This document shows positions 34,501 through 46,300 of a DNA stretch of 64,000 nucleotides, one piece after another. Position numbers and translations under genes: made by a program. Numbering within the stretch: position 1 is the stretch's first letter; every line of letters begins with the position of its first letter. The notes below the pieces were generated by a model. It was not told the origin of the DNA, did not search any database, and was given only the letters and a program-made list of their open reading frames with translations. This stretch comes from Psammoneis japonica (lineage: Eukaryota): the NCBI GenBank assembly GCA_008632985.1, contig QPGO01000030.1, positions 433,135-497,134 of the forward strand, given 5' to 3'.

Positions 34501-37500
34501 TGCTACCGAGGCTTGTTATGCTGCTAGGTTCTTTTGTGGTTGGTGACGACGGCGAGAGTTTGCTGAACGGCGTTGGAGCTGTTTTTAAAAGCGGAGGATA
34601 CGTAGAATCGCTTACACTAGGTGTCGGCACCTTCTCAGCTAGTTTTGCATCAAGCGTTGCCTCTGATCCTGTCGATCCGATGGTGGTCTTGCTTTCTAGA
34701 TTCTTGGGGGGCATCGGACTTGTCGACGTCTTGGATTGTACGCTACTGAAAGGAGTTGGCGCTTTCGTTGCAAGTGGAGGATAAGGCGAAGCTGAAGCCT
34801 CTGCTTGCGTTTGGCTAACGAACGGAGTTGGCGCTTTCGTTGCAAGTGAAGGAAATGGCGAAACTGCAGCCTCTTCTTTCTTTTCCTTTTCCGCACTACC
34901 TGAAGAAGATTTTGCCGAAGGAAATCGAAAGGGGGAAGACAAGCTTGAAGAAGGACCCTTCTCTCCCGTCGTCGTGCTAGCGTTACCACCGAAGCTGAAG
35001 CCAGTTGCCTTTACGGCCGCAGGTCCTCCGAAACTTGAACCAGCTGTTGGTATGCCAAATGAGAATCCCTTTGATCCTGACGTGGCTGCATCGTTCGCGG
35101 TTTGCCCAAACGAGCTTGCGCCAAAAGTGAACGTCGATGCAGGGGCTTTTGCGTCAGTACTCGACTCACTACCGGAAGGGGCTTCCGATGCTGCAATATT
35201 CTGGTCGCCTTGAATCGCTGCCGGTGTCGCGCCGAACGTAAATCCTCCGGGACCAATGCCAGATCCGTCAGTCATTTTGCTATCTTGCTTCTCGACCGCG
35301 TCTTCACTGTGCCCAGGTCTGGGAGTTTCACAGGCTGGGCAAACTGTAGCACTCTCAGGGTTGCTAACCATGCAAACACTGCATTTCCAGGTAGCTTCAG
35401 ATGTTTGAAACACTCCTACCCACCCACTGGCGGTCTGGGATGACGAGGCATCGGGGGTAGGTGACGCATCTGTATCCTCGGTTTCACTGACCAGCTCTTC
35501 CTCTGACGACGATTCACTCTCTTCGCAAAACAACCACCTCAAGTACCAAGCAATAAAGTTATTCCAGTGAATGTTCCCATCAGAATCTGCCAATTTCTCT
35601 TTCTTTCGACCAAGCTCTTCCTCGCAGTACGTTGTACCCAGCGCTTTAATGAGCTTGTCAAACGATGAGGCTGCAATGTACATTTCTGTCCCTTCCCCTT
35701 CGGCCATACCCGAGAATACCTTTTCAGCCCTCTCCGCCTCTTCAGCTCGCTCTGCTGCTTCATCAGAGTCCAACGAAGCAGCGTCACCACGACCAGTGTC
35801 ACAAAGACTGCAATACCAGGAAATAAACGACGAGCGATCAATGAACTTTGTTCCTTCTGGGTCGACAAGATTCATTTGGTTTTCAAGCTCGTCTCCATGA
35901 AACCCTTCACCCAGCTCATCTACCATGTCTTCGAACTTAGAGACTGGAACCTTTCCTACTTTTGAATCATCAAAGGTATCAAACACCCTGGCGGCATTCG
36001 CAGCACCTGGCCTTCCCAATAACGATTCCGTTGACGGTGTTTCCAGAGTTGTGGACGACTCCTTTGTTTCTGATTCGGTTTCCAAGGAGGACGGAATGGA
36101 TTCTGGTTGTTCTTCTTTCTTTGGAGAATCGTTTGAGGTCGCAGGTGTGTCAAACAAAGGCTTCACCATGGTCTGTGCAAGTCGACTACCGCCAGTAGGG
36201 CCAGGAATTGCTGTTGAAAATGCATTGAAAGGAGAAGTGTTGGCCGCAGTCGAGCTCCGAATGCCCGTGGAAAACGCATTGAATGGAGAAGCTCCAGACG
36301 TAAACTGCGTACTTGATCCAAACGATGGAGCAGATCGACCCGACCCAAATGCGGCCTTGTTCCCGAAACTTGATATTTTGTCGGGTTCCTTTGTGCTTGT
36401 TGACGTCGAGGAGAGTTCACTGAACGGTGTTGGAGCTGTCGATGAAAGCGGAGGATACGAAGAATCTGGTACACTAGGTTTCGTCGTCTTTTCAGCAGGG
36501 GGCTTTGCATCAAGTTTCTCTTCGTTTGATAACGTCCTGGATTCGGCAGCACTTGTTGAAGCCTTGGATTGTAAGTTACTGAACGGAGTTGGCGCTTTCG
36601 TTGCAAGGGGCGGATAAGAAGCCTTGCTTGTAACACTCGATATCTTGCTGGGCTTCGTTGTGCTCGGTAGCGACACGGAGAGTTTGCTTAACGGCGTTGG
36701 AGCTGTCGGTGGGAGCGGAGGATACGAATCAGACAAGGTAGGTTTCTGCGTTCTCTCAGCTTGGGGCTTTTTATCAGACTTTGCATCCGTGCCGGATTCA
36801 GTTGTTTTTGTGAGGTTATTAGAGTCGAGCGTACCAGCAGTTTTGCTCTTAGCAAAGGCATCAGACGGTGAGTCACCAGAAGGAGCAGTTCCGAACCCAC
36901 TGAAGCTTGAGGACTCAGCACTTGCCGCTAAAGCAGCAAAACCCCTTCCCGTTGAAGTGGACGAGCCGAATGTTGGCATGGCACCGCCAGAACCAAAGAC
37001 ACCGGTAGATGCGGGAGATGCAAATGGTGGAGACTCGATTCTCGAATCAGATGCTTGTGTGACTGGAGGTGAACCGAACGTGATACTTCCCGTTTTTCCA
37101 AACGAGAAGCCGCCTCCAGGGACTGGACTGGCCGTAGACGAACCCACTAGAGTTGTTCGACCGGGGGAGGAGGATGGACTAAAACCGAAGTGCGTACCAC
37201 TACTCGTACCTAAGGTAGAGCCGCCGGTAGGTGCCGCTCCAACCGGAGCCGCCGGTGTCAAACCAGTCGGGGCGTCCGTTGTGGTACTTTCGTCAACAAT
37301 GTCTGGCTCGTCTTGCGCTTCCGCTGTGGAATCTTCGTCGACGATATCTGGCTCGTCGTACAATTCTGGTGGAGACACAGCTGTCTGATCGACCGCCGCA
37401 CTGGGCAGCGAGGGCAGTCCGACCACAGCAGGAAGGTCGGCGACGTTGAATATATCTTCTTGCCATTGGGTATCGATCTTAAAAACTGATAGAGAGCCTT

Positions 37501-38719
37501 CACTCGACCCAAGCAGCAATACCTGAGAAACCCCACCAGTATCTGAAGGAATCAATACGGCCTTCATACCGACAGGGAAAGTGAATTCGTCGTCATCGTC
37601 CGTTGGGGTTGACGCAACACTGCCTTCTTGGAGTTCTAGAACCTGCCAGTCTCCATTGGAGGAAACAACTCCCACTTCGCTTGCAACATTGCTGGCTACA
37701 AGGAGCAAGGAGAGCTGCTGCGTCGTTGGAACAAAGGAAGTGAAATATACGTGTCGACCATTCCGTGGTATTGAAAAGAAAGGTACAACATCTTCCAAGT
37801 TTGTCCACTGAGACGTCGCGTAGGAGCCAGTCTCGAATCGTCCAACGAAAAGTGCAACTTCATGTTGAGCCGGGTCATCCTCGTCTTCTTCGTCATCATC
37901 CTCGTCTTCCTCTATGATTCGGCAGAATCCAGCGGCAAGGTTCCTTCCCGAGTCAAACCAATCCAAGTGAGTGCAGGACCACCCCTCCGCATCATCTTGA
38001 TCTCCAGGGAACAGTAGGCGAGAAAGCTGCTGCACTGACCCCTGCGCCAAGTTGGCCACGAATATATGAATAAGACCATCAGATGCTCCAATTGCAAGAG
38101 GACACTGCGACCCATTTTGCTCGCTAGACCACGCCGCACTCGCCACTGGTATGCTGTCGAATTGACCATGAAAAATGTCTCTGGGTGCAGCGGAAGCCGT
38201 GTCGTATACGCGAAGAGTTTCTTGTTTTGAGTCTGCCAACAACAAAAAGTACCCCTGGGGTGTAAATGCGAGAGATCGTACCGGACCTGCTCCTGCGGCT
38301 GCGCGTTTGCGAGATTGGCAGGGCACCATGGACAAGTCGTGTACATCGTGGGAGTGAGACTTCGGAAGGGTCCATCGATGAATCAAGGAAGTGCTCATCG
38401 CATCATAACAGCGCAGGGACCCATCTATGCACGCTGTGGCTACCATACGACCGTCTGACGAACAAGCTACGGACACAACCGGGGTTCCAACCACGACGTT
38501 GGCGACGACTCTGGCGCCGTCGTTTGAGACGGACACGGCCTGGAGCACCGTGGCATCAGCAATGCAGTACGCCAATCCTACGCACTCGGACGGGACCGCA
38601 ACCCAATTCAACCCCGACAGTGTGGGTCTGGATGGATTCACCAACGGAGATCCGCCTTTCAGTGCTGATCCGATCAGCTCTAGTCGAAGCGACTCCTCGA
38701 GCGGTAGATCGCTGGTCAT
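28532..38719 (-). CDS. Giant FG nucleoporin, Nup214/Nup159-like (~3300 aa): beta-propeller, FG/FSFG repeats, duplicated EF-hand-like + RanBP2 zinc finger block, coiled coil, C-terminal FG region
   Basis: 2675-aa ORF continues through two apparent frameshifts (~30720, ~30095) and introns 29523-29614 and 28901-28970 into the FG-rich final exon; WKCSVCMVSNPESATVCPAC occurs twice. Confidence 0.75.
32700..36420. repeat. In-frame tandem duplication, 1857-bp (619-aa) period, inside the nucleoporin
   Basis: Matching ORFs offset by exactly 1857 (33682/35539, 33714/35571, 32839/34696); only scattered SNPs in the core. Confidence 0.92.
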
Positions 38720-39458
38720 GATGGCTGTAATTGACTCTTGAAGGATCGTTCAGTCAGTCTGTTCTTGCGGTAGTGCCAAATATGCCGAAAGTGACAAGGT
38801 TTGATAATTGGACTTCTGTGTATAGTTTACAATCAGTTGAAGCGGTGTCGACTCCAGACAAGGGAACGGCAAGCGGCAGACCTCAGCGGCACTTGCTGTA
38901 CTCACCATGGAGCTTTGAGCTGCAAAATGAGATTTTTTGTGCTCCTGCCTCGACGTCTCGGGTTCATTATTTGATGCCACGTAGGAACTTCGTAGGATAT
39001 GTACCAGTATATATATCATTCAGCTTCTTAGACTTTCAAATACCGGTATCATTGCGTTCATCCATCAATGAATATATTTTTCAATATATACGGCAAACGG
39101 ACGGACGACGAATATATATCCTTGGACATATACACAGCAAACGAACGCGCGTCGTTCGCGCGCGTCTCAATTGCCGAGTTGGATTCGGATGAAACTACAT
39201 TGTAAAAGGAACGACATCACAACTAACTGAGAGACATAACTAACACTGCTACTGCGAGTTTCTCACTTCTCAACCTCCGGAACATGACATTTTTGAATGG
39301 AAAGGCAGGAGTAAATGGGAAAGAAAATCTGGAGCTACTAGAGTACTGGGTAGAACACCAGGGGAATGCATGAATATCCTCAGACTGTGAGGGCCTACCT
39401 GACATCGTTAGATCGATTCCTACATATCTTGTGTCGGGAAACGTCAATTAATCTACTT

Positions 39459-40187
39459 CTATTGCTGTTCTTTCTGCTCTTTCTCTAGAGGATGCTTCCA
39501 CTTCTGATTCTGGCGGGAGATGAAATCATCAACGTCGAAAGAATCAGGCGCTTTGTTGAAGGTATGAACCATTTCAAACTCGTCTTCCTTCAGATAGGCA
39601 TCGACCATGTTTTGAACCACTTTCAGACCCTCATCATCCTGGATTCCTTTGTTTATAACGTCGCATCTAACTAGCGAAATTCCCAATTTTTCAGACAAGT
39701 TGTCAAACACGGAGAAGGTCATGAGGGGATTTGCAGCAGCTGGATCCATCTTATAGTCCTCTAAATAAGCCAACAAGAAATGAGAGGGGTTTTGAAATTG
39801 AGATACCATCATAAAGAAGCCATCGTCTCGAAACACCGGCTGGATGAAAAAGGGACACTGCGCAGCTCTGGACACGACCGACTTGCCCTCATTGCTCTCA
39901 AGAACGAGGCCATGAACATGTTCCTTTTGTTCATGATACGAATACCATATATCAGAAACCTGTGGAAAACAAGTTCAACGGAATGCCGTAAGAGTGTAGT
40001 CTTGTTACGCAGACACGAACTCAACCGCACAACTTACTTCTGATGCTGTTTTCCCCTCGAGAAGCTCAAGCTTGACAATTTCTTCCAGCTTTCGCGGACC
40101 TGCAAACGAGAAACTCAGACTCCGATGGCTGAAACAAAGTCTCTTTACAGTTTGCGAAAAAGCGACGGCTGCTCTTGAACGCATCAT
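39459..40187 (-). CDS. ATP11: Mitochondrial F1-ATPase assembly chaperone ATP11/ATPAF1 (intron after KTASE)
   Basis: Arg/Ser-rich presequence, PRKLEEIVKLELL, CPFFIQPVFRDDGFF, LEDYK and VHTFNKAP..FD motifs. Confidence 0.82.
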
Positions 40188-40389
40188 GGTGACAGGACAG
40201 GTGACAGTGGACACAGTATCCTTGTGTCGCGTCGTTTCCCGCGATTATTCCGCGAGCCCCGAGCGAGCGCGCGAGCGCGCGCGATAGTCGTCCTTGCGCC
40301 TTTGAGCGTCAGTCAGTCGGGTGATTCAGTCACGCGGGATTGGGGTTACACGTGCCGATGTACGATCACAACGTCTACTGGACTCCCTC

Positions 40390-40910
40390 TGCGAGCTCTA
40401 CTGTACAGTAGAGAGTAGAGCCCTCTATTCTCTCTAACTAGCTACTACATAGAGCTCTACTATAGGCCCTAGAGTAGAGCTAGTAGAGAGTAGAGAGGAC
40501 TACTCTCTCTACTCTAGTAGTAGAGTAGCTAGACTAGCTAGAGAGTAGAGAGGACGCTACTCTCTCTTTAGTAGTACTAGAGAGTAGCTACTAGCTACTA
40601 GAGTAGAGAGAGTAGCAGCTACCACTCTAGTAGCACCGGTAGCCCTCTCCTAGTAGCCACTCTCTAGAATAGAGGCACTCTCTTCCCTAAAGTACAACTC
40701 TCTAGAGAGCTAGAGCTAGCTCTAGTAGAGTAGAGAGAGGGCAACTAGCAAGAGCTCTAGTAGGCAAAGCTGCTCTACCTCTCTAGTACTCTAGAGGGAG
40801 TTTTGTAGTGCTTCTAGAGAGAAAAGGAAGCTACACGAGAGTCTTGTCACTTCTCTCTCTCTAGAGAGAGAAACTCTAGGCAGTAAGGCTTACCGCTAGA
40901 GAGCTACAGC
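40390..40910. repeat. Non-periodic TAG/CTA/AGAG/CTCT-saturated low-complexity tract
   Basis: Composed largely of TAG, CTA, AGAG, CTCT and AGCT words; TG, CA and CG are scarce. Confidence 0.85.
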
Positions 40911-41095
40911 AGTGCCCTTCTGGGATGTGGCGCTGGTCATAGTCTGTTACTGCAAGCATGTCGTGAAGCCAGAATTCTATCTCACATTTTCCATCCTAGT
41001 TACTTTGATGAGGCTGAGCAAAAGCAGAAACTAACTTCTTTTGCCTACTATCAAATTAATCCTTTCTTGCAAGAAAAATTGATTCGGTCACCAAA

Positions 41096-43064
41096 TTAGT
41101 ACGATCGCTCTTGAAGAGCTTGGTCCATTGTTAGTACTTCTGGCGAGCCCAGACCTCGCCAGCATGTGACATGTACAAGCATAGACTCTGATTCTTTTTC
41201 AGCCGCGTCGTCGTTTAGAACCTCGATTTCTCGACAGTTGCTATACTTGTATATGCCATCGTCATTGTCAAAGAACATTTTGAAGTTGATTCCGCAAACA
41301 ACGCATCGGTCTCGAGATTCGTCCGCAGGAACTGTGAAGGTGGACGGGTCCATCTCTTCTTTATCCGCGGCATCTGGCGTTTCCGCGTCAGCGCTTGTCT
41401 CGGTGTCCGTCTTTCCTTCTTCCCCGCACCAAGCCTTTCCAGAAACGAACCAACCTCGTTCTTCAGTTTTCTCCATAGATTCTAGTAAGCGGCTGGGACA
41501 AGAAAAACTCCATTATGTTGAGGTCTCGAGCAGAAAGGTGTATTTCAACGGAACACTAAATTTCACGAACCTATTTCTGAACAAATCGTCAAGGTGATTT
41601 GACAACTCTATCTGAGTAGCAAAGCGACGCCCGTCAGAAGAGCTCACGAATGGTAATCCGACTTCATAGAGTGCACCAATAACCAAACTATTCTTCTTCT
41701 TCACACCCTCGTTGGTAAACAACTTTGTGTCGACAGGAACGAATTGCGTTGCAACATGACCATTCCCGGCAGGATTCATTTGACCAGGAGGTAGCATGTT
41801 GAAGCTATTAGACTGGTTTTCCTTGCTTTCTTCTTGGTCCTTTATTCGTTGAAGAGCGTTTGTCAGGAGAGCAGAGGTCGCAGCAGACGCGGCAAGCAAA
41901 CTAGTCATTCTGATAGCATCAGATTGTGAGTATGTCTCATTTGTTGCTGAATCAGTGATAACAAAATGCTGGAGCTTCGTCACAACGTCATGAGTTTGGT
42001 CTAGATGGTTCCAGTTCAACTTCTCCCAATCATTGGAGCGGGCAATTGCTTCGGGCGTGCGAGTCTCCACGAATATTGACGCCGGAAAATCCTGCGAGTT
42101 CCCTTCGGCCGCACCTATTCCACTACCTTGCCCGCCGCTAATCATATCCTCGGCGGCTTTTTTAATTTCAACGAGGAGAGCCGGATTGATGTCTGCAAGA
42201 CGTTCCAAGGACACCTTATCTAATTCACTTACACCCGTATGCGCTTCGTCTAGAAGAATTTGCATTTGTGATCTCAGGGCAGCGGGAAGTTCTAAGGAAC
42301 CATCAGGCTATAGCCAGAAAAAAAGAGGGAAAAGGGTCTCGATAGTAAGGAACGCGACATCAATTGAGACCACACAACCCCTCACACATTTTCGCCGCAC
42401 TCACTGCGCGAACAATACCAGCAGCCCTGTTTTTTGCATTTGCCGCAAGTTTCTCTGTTGATAGCTTAGCGTCCGCTTGCTCAAACACATGTCCCATTTC
42501 TTTCCAATTTGTTTCGCTAAATATACCAACGTCTCTCCATATATTCCACACTTTCTTAAGCTTTATTCGCTGATCGTCGCTCAAGTCGTCAAAGACAATC
42601 GGCATCCACGTCTTGGCATCCATCTCAATTATCGGAATAAACGCGCCTTTCACATTCTTAAGAATAGAATCAACCACATATACAAGAGGAAGCTTTCTCC
42701 CACTTGCAACTGACTTTGATACCAACGGTTCGCGGATACAGTTGTACAGTGCCTGCGCGTTCTTACGGGATCCGGCGTGATCTTCTGCCACCATACTTAA
42801 ACTGTTTATTGTAACTTTGTCCTGGATCAAAAGCGCAAAGGTTCGACGCAAAGAAGATAAGAATAAATAGATTGGTCAAGCGTAAAAGCAAAATCAATGC
42901 CAACGTACAGGGAAACTGCCGAGTTGTTCTATCATTTCTTGATATTCCTCAAGCTGCTCTTCCTCTATTTCGTCTTCATCCGAGTCATCGATTTCAACGG
43001 CATTATTTTTGCTCCCTTCCGTCGAATCTTTCGACTCGGACGATAGTTTTGGTCGCGTCTCCAT
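41096..43064 (-). CDS. PCF11: mRNA cleavage/polyadenylation factor PCF11 (CID domain + C-terminal zinc-binding region), multi-exon
   Basis: DKVTINSLSMVAED, KLPLVYVVDSILKNV, GRRF..LSNHLDDLF, RGWF, VPADESRDRCVVCG..F and HVTC motifs. Confidence 0.85.
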
Positions 43065-43363
43065 CTTAGTTGGCGATTCAGGCTTGTGCTTTGTTACGAT
43101 GTTTATGATTGATGATCCATGCCCATGGCGGACAGCAACGAAGAAGTTGAGTGGAACGCGATCATGTAGAATTGTACGGTGGATTTGTACTGCGGGTCGT
43201 ACCGCCAACCCGCACCAGCATCAACATTGTTATTTGAAATGCTGCTCCATCGCTCAGCTTGGCATGCGAGAGGTTGGATGACAGAAACAGCGCTAAGAAC
43301 AAGATGGGCATTGTCAATGACAGAGGTCTACAAAATATGATCGTCGCTGTTGCGATTGCGATT

Positions 43364-46300
43364 GATCGGAAAAGTGAGTTTCAAACTGAGTTTGGAGCTG
43401 TGATCATGATGTGCTCAGTTGTCTTCTGTCTTCCATGACCAAGCTGAGTTGATCGCAACTCTCCCCAAGAACACCAGCCAGCCCACATTCCTGGCTGTCT
43501 GGAATGTTTTTGCAGAGAGTTCCTTCATGAACTGGTCTGCCATTTGTTCAGTGGTGGTGCTGCCAACAGAGGTCCCAGAGACACATCAATCTCCAGAAAG
43601 AAGATCCTTTGCTTCCTTGAAAAACCACCAGTGATGCCACATGCAGAACACCAGCATGCTTGGTTTGTGAAGAGAAGTCCAACATGTGGGCAAATTTGAG
43701 ATGTGCTGCATGACCTCATGCACAACAAATGCTGGCAAGGTGTGGCACAGTCAAAGGGACACTTGTTTGCACCCGCCTTTGGAGGGCGGTGTGTCAAAAG
43801 CCTTGGAGTGGTGGTGTGCAGCGTGGACACAACCGACGTGGTTGTGGTGGCAGCCAAACTGCTCAAAATGTCAGCACACTGATTTTCTTGAGATTTTTGT
43901 GAGCAGTGGCAAGATCTGGAGCATGAACAGCTCAAAGAAGTGTTGCATGTTTGTCTTCCAGCAGAGCAGCAAGTGACACTGCAGCTTGGGCATGCGCAAA
44001 CAATCAGACAAGAAGAACAACCAGCACCCACCAGCCATGGCCCAGTGTTGCAACAAACAAGATTGGGGTTGAGTCTCGGCAATCTTCTGTCCATCAAAAC
44101 ATCCTGCCAAGTCACAGTCAATGCAACAATCAATCGACAGTTGGAAGTCAGCTTCAAAGTGAGGCCTTGGGCAGAAGCAGCCTTGTTGAGGCAGTGAACA
44201 ACAACATGTTTGGCTGCTGAAGCATGAGATGCACAAGCTCCCAGGTGAACAAGAGAATTTTTCATGCAGCTGAGCAGTGCCAGCAATGCCTGGCCAGCTG
44301 CTCGCTGCCAGATGCACTGACATTGCAACAACAGAACAAAAATTGAGTGATTTCTTTGTGATGATTCACCATTGTCTGTGGCATCAGGCAAGGGAGTGGC
44401 TGGCAGAGCAGGGGGCACTGCACTGTGCTCTTCTCCATCTTAGAGTTTCACAGCCCATTTCCAGCCATCAAACCAGGCTGAGTTGGTGAAAAGCAACAGC
44501 TTCTCAATCTTGGCTGCAAAGAAGTTTTTAAGTTCTCTTTCATCATGAAGAAGCTTGAGTGCATTGCCTTGTTTGTGCCAAGAGACCCTCCCCTGGCTTG
44601 CAAGCTGTGCCTTTTCAAGATCATCAGAGCATTCTCCAGCAAAACCAGCCAGAGTTGTCCACACATGGATGATGCACAACATTCCCTTTTTTGAAGCAAA
44701 GACAAGTGCTGACATTGGATGACATGTTCATTTGCACTCTGGCACACCACCAGCTCTTGGCTTTTCACAAGAGAATTTTGGAAATTGCTCCAGATTCTAC
44801 AAAGACACCTTTCAAAAGCTTCAGCACTGCCATGTTCAGCCCTGACTTTGGAGTGAATCCTCTTGTCAGTGGCTGCACACAGACACCTTCTTCTTGACCT
44901 CAGCTTGAGCAAATGCAGCAGCACAGTTGACTTGGCAAAAAAGATGGGCATTTGACCATGATCATTGAAAAACAGGTGTGCACATCTTTCAAAGCAGCCT
45001 GCTTCATGTGTTTTTGCTGAAGATTGCCATGAATGCAGCATTGCACCCTGCACTTTGGAGCCCCGCTTTGGATGGCTCTTGAGTCCAACGCCTGTGTTCA
45101 GAGCAAAACACTCATCTTGGGGGTGCACTTGACCAGCTCCTGCACATGCAGGACCAAAGCTCCAGCTTTGATTTTCATGGCCTCAGCAACCTGCTCAAAG
45201 TCAGGAGCCCTCAGAGCTTGACACAAAAATGGCTTGTTTGAACCCCTGGTCTTCTTGGCAGCAGTGCTGCAAACTCTCAGACAATGATGACACAAGTTCC
45301 ATGTTGACAGATGTTTTTTACAGAGCAGTCCAAGGTGCGCCACCTGCTGGGCTTCTTGACATCCAACTGGTTTGTCTTGAGACTTCAGCAGACTCTTGGA
45401 TGATGATGCACTTCATCAGCAAACTTGGTGGACAAAACCTTGCCCCAAACAGGCCAAACGGACCTTTGTGGCATTGTTTCTTCCCCCAGATTTGAGCTCA
45501 GTGAAGGCCCAAGTGGAGTGGATGCTTGAGGTTCTTAATGTGAGCCTGCTGGTGATCCTGCCATTTTGAATGCAGAATGGAAGTGAGTGCAGTGCAGCTT
45601 GAGGCAAGTCATCTGTGGTTGTGCTGTGGGGGCATGCTCTGAGAGGTGGGTCATCCAAAGGCATTTCTTGAGATGTCTTGAAGAGTGGTCAGAGGAGCAA
45701 TTGCAGCTGGAGAGCAATCCCAGGAGATGGTTGAAAAGTGTGATGGACATCAGCTTTGCACAGAAGTTGATTTTGCTTTTGTTGCATTTCTGGTGGCAGA
45801 GAGTTGACCAAAGATCTTGTGGGTGCACTGTCCAGTCTTGTTTAAAAGGAGTGCAGATCAGCATCTGCTTGAGACACTGAAGTTGTCCCCAGTGACTTTG
45901 GGTGAGTTGCTCCCCAACTTGATGTCAACAACACTGCAATGAAAAGATTGTTGAAAACAACACACAGTGCTGAGGAGAGCAATGCTTCAAGCATGTGAGC
46001 CCAGTTCACAAAAGGAACTTCACTTGAGCGAGTGTTGCTCCAGCTGACAAGCAAGCTGTGCTGAGATTGTGGTGCCATTGAGGCAACTTCTTGCCAGATT
46101 GGAGAATGATGGGGTCAAGGACATGATCTCTGGACATTCTCCCCACATGGTGAACATCCTGCAAGCAATGGCAAGGCATGCTGTGTGGACCCAGTGAAAA
46201 CATCTGTGCAAAGCAGTTGATGATGGAAATTTTGATGCACGCAGCATTGCAGTTGTGTGCACCATGGCATGAGAAACCACCACCGGCTGCTCATGCCTCC

